A DNA stretch of 64,000 nt from the human T2T-CHM13v2.0 reference genome, Homo sapiens: the NCBI RefSeq assembly GCF_009914755.1, contig NC_060932.1. The stretch is one strand, 5' to 3'. The notes below the pieces were generated by a model. That model searched no databases and was not told where the DNA came from. It saw only the letters and a list, made by a program, of their open reading frames with translations. Of this stretch, positions 53,250-64,000 are shown in pieces (position 1 is the stretch's first letter; each line of letters begins with the position of its first letter). Made by a program: the position numbers and the translations under genes.

Positions 53250-53450
53250 CCAACAGCTGCCGGAATGGTCTTCCTAAAAGGCAGAGTTAATGATGTCCTT
53301 TCACCACTTAGAAGGGTCCAGTGGGTCCCCATAGATTTTAGGATTAACTCAAAACGCTCAGCATGGTTTTTCCTCACCTGTGAGATGGGAATCGACATAG
53401 TCTCTGTTTTATGGGGCTTTCAGGAGATTTAGGTGGTGTATCAGTGCGAG
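53250..53450 (+). mobile_element. L2 fragment followed by a MIR fragment
   Basis: acagctgccggaatggtcttcctaaaa...tccagtgggtccccat...aggattaactcaaa (L2); ttcctcacctgtgagatgggaat (MIR). Confidence 0.6.
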
Positions 53451-53944
53451 CTCGGTGGCGAACAATGGGCTCCCTGTTGCTCGTTGAAGCAGAATGGAGA
53501 CTTGGCGGGATTAGCGGCCTCTGAGGTCTCCGAGGGCTGGAGGGCCAAGCTCAGCTGGGATCTTGTGCTCGCTGCCTCCCTGCAGTGCCTGGGGCCCCCA
53601 TGGCTCCCCTCCCTCCTCCCTGGTCAGGGCGTCTGCTGCCACCCCAGTGAACTGCTAAGTTCTCAGCTAAGCTCTCTGGAATTGTTACCACCGCCTCTGC
53701 CACAATGTGTGCTGGTAAAATGAATCCCCTGAAACCTGAGACCAACCTTCTCTGACTCAAATCCCAGATCAGAGGTTCATGCAGGTGTTGGGAGAGAGGC
53801 CACGTGTGGAAACCTCCTGGCAGGATTCTAGGAAATGAGTGTGTCTGCCCACTCACTCAGCCATCCTCTGTCTTCCAGCTCTGCACCCTCGGAGAGATTG
53901 GAGTGGGTGTGGAGGCAGCTGACGTGGAGCCAACAGAGTGTTCA

Positions 53945-54900
53945 TTATGGGAATACAGCATGAGTTAAAAGTCACAATCACTGATTTCAAGGAGCTTGTA
54001 TTCTCCTAGGAAGGTAGGCTTGCTGGACGTCCATCAGCTGTGATGAGATGAGAAAAGGGCCTGGAGAGTGACTGGGGAGGGGCTCATGTCAGTTAAGGGA
54101 AAGCCTCTCTGAGGAGTGCACGTTGGAAAAGATGTCAGAACGATGGGAAGAGGCAGGACATCAGCAGCTTTGGGGGACAGTTTCCAGGCAGGGAGATGTT
54201 GTCTGTAAGGGGCCAGAGACCGGAAGGAAACGTAGATCACATGCCAGACAATGGCAAGGTCAGGTTGCTGGAGCACTGCAGTCAGCATGGAAAACCACAG
54301 GAGACAAAGGCAGAGGGAAGAGACGGGGACGATGGGTGACCCAGGGCCTTTGAGAATGTGCCAGGACTTAGCTTTAACCCAGATGCTGGTGGAGTAACAG
54401 GGGTGGGGGAGAATAGGGCAGGAGACAAAGGTAAGCGCACATGAAGACGAAAGGTGTTGCGGCCTCTGGGCCCAGGGAGTTGAGGAACTCGGGAGTGGTT
54501 GGGCTCTGGGTGCATTCTGCAAGTAGAGACCATGAGAGTGAGGTGAGGAAGAGGAGGGCTGAAGGGGACGGCCTGTGTTCCAGCTGAGTGTTGAGTCCTT
54601 AGTCATGGTGGCACTGTTTCCGGAAATGGGGAAGGGTAAGGATGAAATGATTTGCAGGGGAAAGTTATGTGTTCTTCCTGAGCCCCACTGAGTGTAGTAA
54701 AGATCCAAGCAGACACAAGGTGGCAGCTACCAGGAGATGCCTGGAGTCCAGGAAAGAGGCCAGGACTCGAGGGAACCGTAGCGTCGCATCCTACAGATGA
54801 CACTGAACCCTGGAGCCGGACCGGAGGAGGAGGACGGGACACAGTGAAAAAGGGTGGGTGCGTGGAGCCCAGGGTGTCTGTCTGCCGAGGCTGGGAAGGC
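53945..54900 (-). mobile_element. L2 LINE fragment
   Basis: tcaaggagcttgtattct; gggaaagcctctctgaggag; tttccaggcagggag..gtaaggggccagag; tctgggtgcattctgcaagtagagac; ctggagtccaggaaagagg. Confidence 0.7.
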
Positions 54901-55245
54901 ATCAGGAGCCGGGCAGACGGGTGAACGGGCAACATACGGGCACAGAGCCGTGGGTCCCACGTGATGTGATAACCACCCCTGTGCTTGAGCTCAGCCTGGT
55001 GCTTCATGCTCAGCTCTCTCAACTTCTCGAACATATTCTAAGTTCTGGTCATATGGGACTAATTGCAGGTGTCCCCAAGCACGACATTCTCACCTCTCTT
55101 AGCTTTGAACCAGCTGCCACTTCCCAGCACCTTGTGCACACCCACCCCAGTCATGGCCAGACCTCTCCAACTCCTGCGGTCTTCCCCCAAGCCATAGCCC
55201 CACAAGAACAGTGTTGTGACAGCCAAGGCTGGAGGTGCTGCCACC

Positions 55246-55908
55246 TGTGTGTGTCTGTGTGTGCACGTGTGTTTCTCTCTGTGTTTGCATTCGTGTGTGT
55301 GTGCACATGTCTGTATGCACAGGTGTGTAGGGGCATGTGTGTGCATGTATCTGTGTGTATACATGTATCTGTGTGTGTGCATGCATCCCTGTGCCTCTAC
55401 ATGTGTGCGTGCATCCGTGTGCCTCTGCGTGTGTGTGGGCATCCGTGTGCCTCTGTGCCCAGGCATCCATGTGTCTCTAAGTGTGCACATGCATCTGTGT
55501 GCCTCTGTGTGTGCGCATGCATCCATGTGCCTCTGTGTGTGTGTGCATCCATGTGTCTCTGCATGTGTGCATGCATCCGTGCCCGTATGTGTCTGCGTCC
55601 ATGTGTCTCTACGTGTGCACGTGCATCCATGTGCCTCTGCATGTGTGTGTGCATCTGTGTCTCTGCATGTGCACGTGCATCTGTGCCATGTGCGTGTGCG
55701 TGCATCTGTGTGTCTCTGTGTGCATCTGTGTGTCTCTGCGTGTGCGTGTGTGTCTGTGTGTCTCTGCATGTGCTTATGCATCCGTACCATGTGCGTGCAT
55801 GTGTATCCGTGTGTCTCTGCATGTGTGCATGCATCCATGTGTCTGTGTGTGCTTGCATCCATGCGTCTCTGCATGTGTGCGTGCATCCGCATCCATGTGC
55901 GTATGCAT
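55246..55908. repeat. Degenerate (TG)n/(TGCA)n low-complexity array
   Basis: Recurring tgcatccatgtgtctctgcatgtgtg-like units. Confidence 0.92.
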
Positions 55909-56807
55909 GGTCCGTGACCACCATGCTGCTTGGCTGTCATGGGAGGACTTGTTCACTGCCTCTGCCTTCTAAGTCCTGAGCTGACTTTCCTCCACAGCTC
56001 ACAGGAATTCAGCGGATAATTGCTTTTACATCAGGATACTTTTTTTCATTTTCACCTTTAGTATTAGAAAGGAATTGAAGCTCTTATCAGGATGTTTAAA
56101 ATCACATGCATAGAACTAATGGATTTTCTCTAGAACTCGGCTTCCCCATTTATAACATCCAAAATTTAGTGATTCTCTGACTTTAGAATTCTAAAGGGGA
56201 AAATGTGTAATTAGAATTCTAAGGCAAAGAATGTGCTTGGTGATTATTTGGATTCTGGATAAACAAGGGTTCCTTTCTTTGTTTCCAATTAGTGGAATTA
56301 ATATTCTCAGACCCATTCTGCAGCTTACAGAGCAACCAAACAAACTGATTCAGTAAATACAGGCATTTAATTTTATGTTGTGGTTTAAAATCTAGCTTAA
56401 GCCCTGAAGCGTGCTTAAATTCTAGAGATTAGAATTTATATCTTTTGTAATCTCCAATGGGTTTTAATTTTGTAAGTGAGCCAACAGATTAGCAGAAACC
56501 CTAGATAACAGTGAACTAATGATTTAAAAAAAAGTCCCAACTTGATATTAAGTGAATACCTATTTTTTTCTAGCAAACTGTTCCTTCAACATAGGTGAAT
56601 TCTTTAATTTTGAATTAATTAGCCACTAAATATTTCAGATGTACATCATTTAATAGAAATTCGAGTATTTCATATTTTCCAAAAATACAATTTTAGTTAA
56701 AAGCCAAGCATACTGAAAAAACTTCGAAATCTCAAACTTAAAATGTTCATTCTTTACCACAATAAATACAACAAAGGCAAATCAGGACATGTATTAATAG
56801 AGAAATG

Positions 56808-57134
56808 TCCATGGAAATGCATGTACCCACCCGGCGTGCTGGATCCTGCTTCTGTGACTTCACGCGTGTGGATCCGTGGAAATGCGTGCACCCGCCCAGC
56901 ATGCTGCGTCCTGCTTCTGTGACTTCACACGTGTTGATCTGTGGAAATGCATGCACCCACCCAGCGTGCTGCATCCTGCTTCTGTGATTTCACACGTATT
57001 GTTCCATGGAAATGTGTGCGCCCACCTGGCGTGCTGTCTCCTGCCTCTGTGATTTCACGTGTATTGTTCCATGGAAATGCATGCACCCACCCATCGTGCT
57101 GCGTCCTGCCTCTGTGACTTCACACATGTTGTTC
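56808..57134. repeat. Minisatellite, 65 bp x 5 (diverged)
   Basis: ggaaatg at 56813, 56878, 56943, 57008 and 57073. Confidence 0.95.
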
Positions 57135-57199
57135 CTTCAGCCTAAGATGATTCCCTGCGTTTCTTGCCCTGGGAAACATAGATCAGATCGGCTCCTCCC

Positions 57200-57440
57200 C
57201 CCTGCATCAGGGCCTTCTCTGATAAGCCGAGTTAATAATTTCCTCTTTAATGGTCCTATATTTGTAGGTTTCTATGATGTATCATTTGTCACAGTGCATA
57301 ATTATTATAATCATTGTGTACTATTATCGGAGTGTCTGCCTCACTTTGTAGATTATTAACTCCTTGTAAGTTGTCTTATTTTTAAAATTCACCTTTGTCC
57401 CCTCCATGCCCCATAGAATAAGTGCTTAGTAGATGTTGAC
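57200..57440 (+). mobile_element. L2 3' end remnant
   Basis: gtgtctgcctcactttgtagattattaactccttg...tgtctta...cacctttgtccc...taagtgcttagtagatgtt. Confidence 0.5.
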
Positions 57441-57456
57441 ACTGTTAAACTCACAA

Positions 57457-57753
57457 TTTTTTTTTTTTTTTTGAGACAGAGTCTCGCTCTGTTACCCAGA
57501 CTGGAGTGCAATGGCGTGATCTCGGTTCATGCAACCTCCGCCTCCCAGGTTCAAGCAATTCTCCTACCTCAGCCTCCTGAGTAGCTGGGACTACAGGCAC
57601 CAGCCTCCACGCCCGGCTTACTTTTTGTATTTTACTGGAGACAGGGTTTCATTGTGTTGCCCAGGCTGGTCTTGAACTCCTGAGGTCAGGCAATCCACCC
57701 GCCTCAGCCTCCCAAAGTGCTAGGATTACAGGCATGAGCCACTGCACCCGGCC
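57457..57753 (-). mobile_element. AluS SINE
   Basis: Full antisense dimer; TSD t(t/g)aaactcacaa on both sides. Confidence 0.96.
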
Positions 57754-59781
57754 TGAAACTCACAAGTTTTAAGGCTTTTTAAACAACCACGATGCACATC
57801 CTCCGGGAGGAAAGGTGGTTAAACCGCTTCTGGCTTTGAGTCTGGGTGGCCCCGGTAGTAAGTTTACGTGACAACCATGGCAAGGGAGCTCTTCCTCCCA
57901 CCCCACACTGTGGCTCCTGCTGTACCAGGTTGCAGACGCAGTACCAGGGCGAGTGTAGTGCGGGAAGCAATGGCTCCTGCTGAACCAGGATTCGAACGTG
58001 GGGCAGGCAGCAGCAGCTCCTGCTGTACGGGGATGCAGATACGGAGCGGGCAGCAATGCCCCAATGCCCTGTGGCCTCTTCTGGGCAGCTATCCTTAGCA
58101 CCCTATTCTAGAACAATCCCAAACTTGCCAGGTGAGACAGGAGCCCTGCCTCCGCTCCAATGACTGGTCGCTGCCTGTGCCACCCAGGACACCTTTTTAT
58201 TTGGATCTTTGAAGAAAGAGTTTCACATCGTGTTTCCTTTCCTAACCACCTGTTCCTGGAGCTGAGGGCTTGGCTGTACTACTAGCTGAAACCAGGGCAT
58301 TTCATGGATCACGTTTCCTAATTATTTGTTTATTATTTATGCTCTGCCTCATTCGGAAAGCCCAGCTGTTATTTAATAGGATTAATGTGGCGCGTTTCGA
58401 CACAGTAAAGAAGTTGCTGTTTCTTTACACCAGATTCATCTGGCAACTGAAGTGTGCGTCTGGTCTGCTGTGATATCCAACCGGAAAGGCTGAAGCTATG
58501 TCTCTAGGGCCTCTGGCTTAGTGAAATAAGAAGCGTCCATTGAAGGGGGAGGAAGACGACCCCCAAAGTCTGTATTTTGAATATGGACTGTTTGCTCTTA
58601 AGTTGCTTCAAACATGATTCAGTCTTTCCCAAATTAGGACAAACCACTGTCTCTGCCCCCATAAGAACAGAATGGTGTTTGTAATTCAATAACAACAGAG
58701 TTTTCATTGAGCTCCAGGCCATTTTGTCCCAGAGAGCACATTCCTATCCTATCTCTTCTGTACTGACTCAACTTAGTCCTGAGTTTGACTTTACAACACT
58801 GTAAGAAAGTTAGATTGATGTTTCAGCTGGCCTTTATAAAATGCACATGATTTCGTCTGCGTTACTGTCTGAAATTCTTCCACAGCGTTCAAGCGACATG
58901 TTTCCACAGGCAGAGCAGGCACCTTCTTCCCAGATCATCTTACCCATTAACACATTGCTCAGGATGTAAAACTGTCCAGGACACAGTGTTACATCCATTC
59001 TCCATAGGGTTTTCTTAAGCTGCGTGGTTTGCAATGTAAGGACAAGTGTTATCCTCTCAAAAGCGCCTTTGGACTGGAATTGATTCCTGTGTCCTTGAGC
59101 CATGTCCTTTTCAGCCATTTCACAATTCCTTAACTGTTGAGGACTTAACATATATGAGATATTTGGGCAGGCACGACTTCCATGTTCCTGTCTTTCTTCC
59201 TAAAATATCAGAGGAGCGGGAGTCACAGCATCTAAAATGAAACTCATCTTGGCAGTCCCGTGAAATACGGAGCTGATTTGTTTTCTTGCTGCAGAGAGCA
59301 CAAGAATAAAGGAAGACTCCACAAGCCTCGTCTTCCAGATCGTGCTGACCTGCTTGGCTCAGCCTTGCCCTGGAGGCAGACTCGGGATGAGAATTACGGA
59401 TTCACAAATATCCGAAACCACCCCTGTACTTCCCCAGGCCAGATCATTCTCTCAGTTTAGACCTCTCAACCTGAACCGATGGATGCTCTGCCTGGCATCC
59501 TTGGCCTCCACCTCACCCAACACTCACCTTCTTGTCTTCCAGTCTTAGTTTAAAACTCACCTCTGCAGGGTCACTTTCCCCCAGTCCCCCAGAGCTGGTG
59601 TAGCGGATGGTCTTCTCAGCGAGGCTGTCCTGAGATGTTCAATGTCGCAATGAGACAGTCATTCCACGACCCCAAGAGTGAGATGTCCGATGGTCTCACC
59701 AAGCTTTCTTTCCTGGACCAAGGAAGTTCCCAAACAACTTAGCATCTTAGAGTTAAAGCTGCCTGTGTGTCCAGCCATCTG

Positions 59782-59795
59782 CCTGCAGGGGGCGT
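59782..59795 (+). promoter_or_regulatory. Candidate CTCF core motif
   Basis: CCTGCAGGGGGCGT against the consensus CCASYAGRKGGCRS; motif match only. Confidence 0.35.
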
Positions 59796-60874
59796 CCTCC
59801 CACCTCCAGCAGCCCTGGTCCCTGGGTGTGGTCCCCCGACCCTGCAGCCCGGCTGCTGTAGCGCGTTTTTGAAGTGAGCTTTCACTGCCTCCCATGGTTT
59901 CAAGATTTGGGGTGCTCGGCGGATTTATCTGTAAAAAACTTTGTACGCATACATTGCTAGCTCAGGCCAAATTAAATCTAGTTAACGTTTGCTTTTATTT
60001 GGGATGCAAAAGGGATCTCCCCTGAAAGGATTAAGGGGACACAAGCATACCCTACAGGGCCTGAACGGAGCAGCCTCCAGCAGTGATTGGCGGGGTTCTC
60101 ATTATTCCTCTCGCGTGTGCTGCTAGAGAGTTTAAAGCAACTTTGGTACCGCTTGCCAAAGAAAAATGACAGACTCAGGTCTGTTTTCCTGAGACGGGTG
60201 AAATGTTAATTTACTGTATCAAGAGTTGTCGTCAGCTCCTTTTGGATCGTTTTTTTGCAAGGACCGTCCATGGAGATGGCTTTCCAGCCACAGTCTTCTG
60301 TTTTGATCTCCTTTTTCTATTTTGTAATCTTTATTGTAGTGGTAACTACAGGTCTAATCATTATCTTCCCCCGTAAGCTATAAGGCCCATGGGAATGTGA
60401 GTTTCTGCCTCCGGGTTAGCCATCTGGTTTTCAGGACCCAGTGTAGAATGAAAAGATGGGCCATTTGTTCAATAAGCAGGAAAAATGGCCATAAGTGGAC
60501 TCAACTATACAGCTTTTTTCTTCTTCGATGGTTTCTTGACTTGCTATGGTATTTTTTGTTTGCTCCTTAATGCTATTTTGAATAAAGATTGGAAGTCTAA
60601 CTATTAGCATGCTTTTACCATTTGTCTTTATACTGTGTGACAGCAGTTTTAAATAAAAATAAAAGGGCATTTAACTTGTATGCAGAATCAGTGAAATTAG
60701 ACAATCTGTATTTCACTATTGCACATATATTTTGTTCTTCCTGGAACAGTGGAAATATTGAACTAAAAAAGTACTTTAATATCACTTCACAGTGTACCAC
60801 ATTCTAACAAAACTCTCTCCCACTGACTCACTGATGAGCAAGGAAGAAATGTAAGGAAAGGAGCTCTGGGCCGC

Positions 60875-61097
60875 CCTGTCTTTCAGGACATGGCACGCGC
60901 TCGGTCTCGGTCCGGGCCTGTCACTCAGGACACGGCGTGCACTCGGTCTCGGTCCGGTCCTGTCTTTCAGGACATGGCACGCACTCGGTCTCAGTCCGGG
61001 CTTGTCACTCAGGACACGGCGCGTGCTCGGTCTCAGTCTTGGTCTGGGCCTGTCACTCAGGACACGGCGAGCTCTTAGTCTTGGTCTGGGCTTGTCA
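60875..61097. repeat. Minisatellite, 42 bp unit, about 5 copies, alternating A/B variants
   Basis: cctgtc(tt/ac)tcaggaca(t/c)ggc..gc.ctcggtctcggtccggg. Confidence 0.93.
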
Positions 61098-61612
61098 AGT
61101 GAACAGGAGCTTTCCATTTGGGAAATTAAAACCTTTAAAGAACATGCTTGAACCTTAGTTTCTTCTTCCTGTTTTTCCAACTGGAGAGACTAAGTTCACA
61201 GCTGTTTCCATCTCTCATTTCTTCACATGACTCTGATTTATCCCATTTTCACAGTACCTTCCTCCCTTTGGTGTTGTAGTATATGTTGTTGTGGAAACAT
61301 GTAAACACAGTGACAATACAGGGAGAAGAGAAAAAGTGGAAAAAACTGTTACATAAGATCAGCCGTGCTCTTTAGCCAGCATAAAATGTCTTGAGCAATG
61401 ACACAGGCCTTGGGCTATGAGGGTGAACTAAGGCCTAGGCAGTGATTCTGAAGCAAATGTTTCCATTGCGAAAATCCCGGGCAGGCCCCTGGAGGCAGAG
61501 CCCTGGTTCCACGTGGCCCAGCCGTCTCCTGAGAGCGGAGCCTGCCTTCCATCCTCCTGACACTGAGCGAGATTACAGTTCCGAGGCGTCTCACATTTCA
61601 CCATTTAGGACG

Positions 61613-61653
61613 TTAACACTGCTGTGTATTTCTTTGCAATTTTACAGGTAAGG
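61613..61653 (+). other. Candidate recursive splice site (3' splice site directly abutting a 5' splice site)
   Basis: ttaAc branch-point-like motif (A61616), AG-free pyrimidine-rich tract, tacAG|GTAAGG at 61647/61648. Confidence 0.4.
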
Positions 61654-61986
61654 CTGAGCTAAGTGACCAACCAGGGTCCCTTGGCCAAGGCGGATGTGAT
61701 GGGCCCACCCTCCACTGCACAGCCTCAGAGCTCCACACCTGTGGCTCCACGGGGACTGCAGTGGGTTTCATGTAAAAGGTCATTAGTCTCTGTAGAGTAT
61801 TTTGGGCTCATGAGAATGATGTATGCCTGAGTCATCATTCCATCTCTTCCTTTGTCTTTTATTGGTTTAGTGACTTCTCGTCATTTAGTTATTGCTTGCT
61901 ATAGCTTGTGGAAAATAGATCCAGAGAAGTTGAACTTGACCTTTTTAAAAAGTTTAAATCTCTTGCAAGTGTAAAGAAACATGGTG

Positions 61987-62287
61987 AGCCAGGCATGGTG
62001 GCTCATGCCTGTAATCCCAGCACTTTGGGAGGCCAAGGCAGGTGGATCACGAGGTCAGGAGATCGAGACCATCCTGACTAACACCATGAAACCCCATCTC
62101 TACTAAAAATACAAAAAACTATCCGGGCGTCGTGGCGGGCGCCTGTAGTCCCAGCTACTCAGGTGGCTGAGGCAGGAGAATGGCTTGAACCCAGGAGGGG
62201 GAGCTTGCAATGAGCAGAGATGGCACCACTGCACTCCAGCCTGGGCAACAGAGGGAGACTCCGTCTCAAAAAAATAAATAAATAAAA
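61987..62287 (+). mobile_element. AluY-like SINE
   Basis: gatcacgaggtcaggagatcgagaccatcctg; gagaatggc; gagcttgca. Confidence 0.95.
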
Positions 62288-62452
62288 TGACGTGCTTGTA
62301 AATGAATCCATTCTCCACTTTTTCATTAATTCTGATGGATCTTCCTCAGACTGTACAAGACCACAGGGATTGCTGGTTTGTGTCTTTGGGCCCTGGAGGC
62401 AGAGCAGAGCCCTTTAGACTTCATGGGTGAGGCTGAGACTGTGTTTCTGTAA

Positions 62453-62732
<280 letters not shown>

Positions 62733-62745
62733 TACAGTTAATATT

Positions 62746-63074
62746 ATTATTATTATTTTTGAGATGGAGTCTCACTGTGTCGCCCAGGCTGGAGTAGAGT
62801 GGCATAGTCTTGGCTCACTGCAACCTCTGCCTCCTGGGTTCAGGCTATTCTCCTGCCTCAGCCTCCCGAGTAGCGGGATTATAGGGTCATGCCTGACTAA
62901 TTTGTGTGTGTTTTTTTGTTTTTTTGTTTGTTTGTTTGTTTTTTGGTTTTTTTTAGTAGAGACAGGGTTTCACCATGTTGGCCAGGCTGGTCTTGAACTC
63001 CTGACCTCAGGTGATCTGCCCGCCTTGGCCTCCTAAAGTGCTGGGATTACAGGCGGAAGCCACTGCACCTGGCC
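62746..63074 (-). mobile_element. AluS SINE with an expanded middle A-rich region
   Basis: Full antisense dimer; TSD TACAGTTAATATT at 62733-62745 and 63076-63088. Confidence 0.95.
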
Positions 63075-64000
63075 TTACAGTTAATATTCTTAAATTTAGT
63101 GATCGTCATTATTCATTCTTTTTAAAAACTCGTAGTAAAGACAGAACAACAACCACAGCAAAATGAACTAAGGTTCCCATAATAACGGGAGACGGCGGAA
63201 ATGTCGGGATGCCGCTTACGTATCGGGGTGTTTATGCAGAGCTGTGTTTCTGAGAAAGGCCGAACACAGATGCTCATGTACACACTTCGGTGGTTTGCTG
63301 AGAAATGTGGTAGAAGCTTTCAGGAAATGGCATGAAATAATGAAGGGTCTGATCCTCTGCAGCACTAACACTCTGAGTAGCTGTGTTATGAATTATGCGT
63401 GGAAGGCACTTTTCAGCCTTAGATCTGCAGGCAGAGTCCACATGCTGGGCACATGTGTGCTGCTCTCGTGATGACTTGGCTAAACTGCGACAGGCGACAG
63501 GTGACAAGCGACAAGCGACGAGTGGGAAGAAAAGTCTTCAGAAGGTGACAGATTCAAATGTATGCACCAAACTGGGCCCAGATCAGCCTGGAGTTCTCAA
63601 GAGATGTGAAGAAACCTTTATGGATTAAAAACAATGTCTTTTAGTCAGTCTTTAAAAGTATCTTTAATTTCTGAAATTGTTTCATGGAATGAAGTTTACT
63701 CTCAGTAATCGCACAAGTGCACCAGAGAGTGCTGCATTCCTGAAATTTCTGGCTGATTGAGATTAAATGGCATTTCATTTAGAATTCATACTCCATTTCA
63801 ATGTTTTATTAATTAATTGGTTAGATTCAGCTAGATCCGTTTTTCGAAGGTCATTTTAGACCAAAATATTATTTTTATGATTTCTGAAATTTTTCAAATC
63901 TATCATTTCTTCCCAAGAGTTTCATTTAGAGAGTGTGTGCATGTGTGTGCATGTTCAAAGAGCAAGTGAGTTCTATTTGGGGAAGTTCAATTCGGTAGAT

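Noticed and set aside
54858-55979. 373 aa and 293 aa Cys/Val- or His/Thr-rich ORFs
   Set aside because: These are translations of a TG-rich low-complexity tract plus L2 sequence.

Overview
This is primate (almost certainly human) non-coding genomic DNA with no credible protein-coding exon, RNA gene or prokaryotic element. It contains about 13 Alu copies (AluJ, AluS and AluY types, several with target-site duplications), a THE1 solo LTR, MLT1 and MLT2 LTR remnants, MIR and L2 relics, and a roughly 7.7 kb nested L1 stack (39870-47560). It also has an unusually dense set of minisatellites: 40, 38/39, GT-embedded ~53, 44, 50, 70, 65 and 42 bp units. That VNTR density is typical of subtelomeric euchromatin. 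From memory the motifs resemble the giant 5' introns of DLGAP2 on 8p23.3 (+ strand), but I could not verify this and no DLGAP2 coding exon is visible. All long ORFs in the track come from repeats. The best leads are a textbook candidate recursive-splice site (branch point, polypyrimidine tract, CAG|GTAAGG) at 61647/61648, VNTRs that multiply specific motifs (nuclear-receptor half-sites, bHLH E-boxes, near-ISRE plus Z-DNA, a 3 kb CpG-island-like hairpin array), a cluster of 12 TGCATG (RBFOX) motifs, and a 91 bp dispersed duplication of unique DNA. I found no evidence of a new multi-gene system. Repeat subfamily calls come from remembered consensus sequences, not from a RepeatMasker run.
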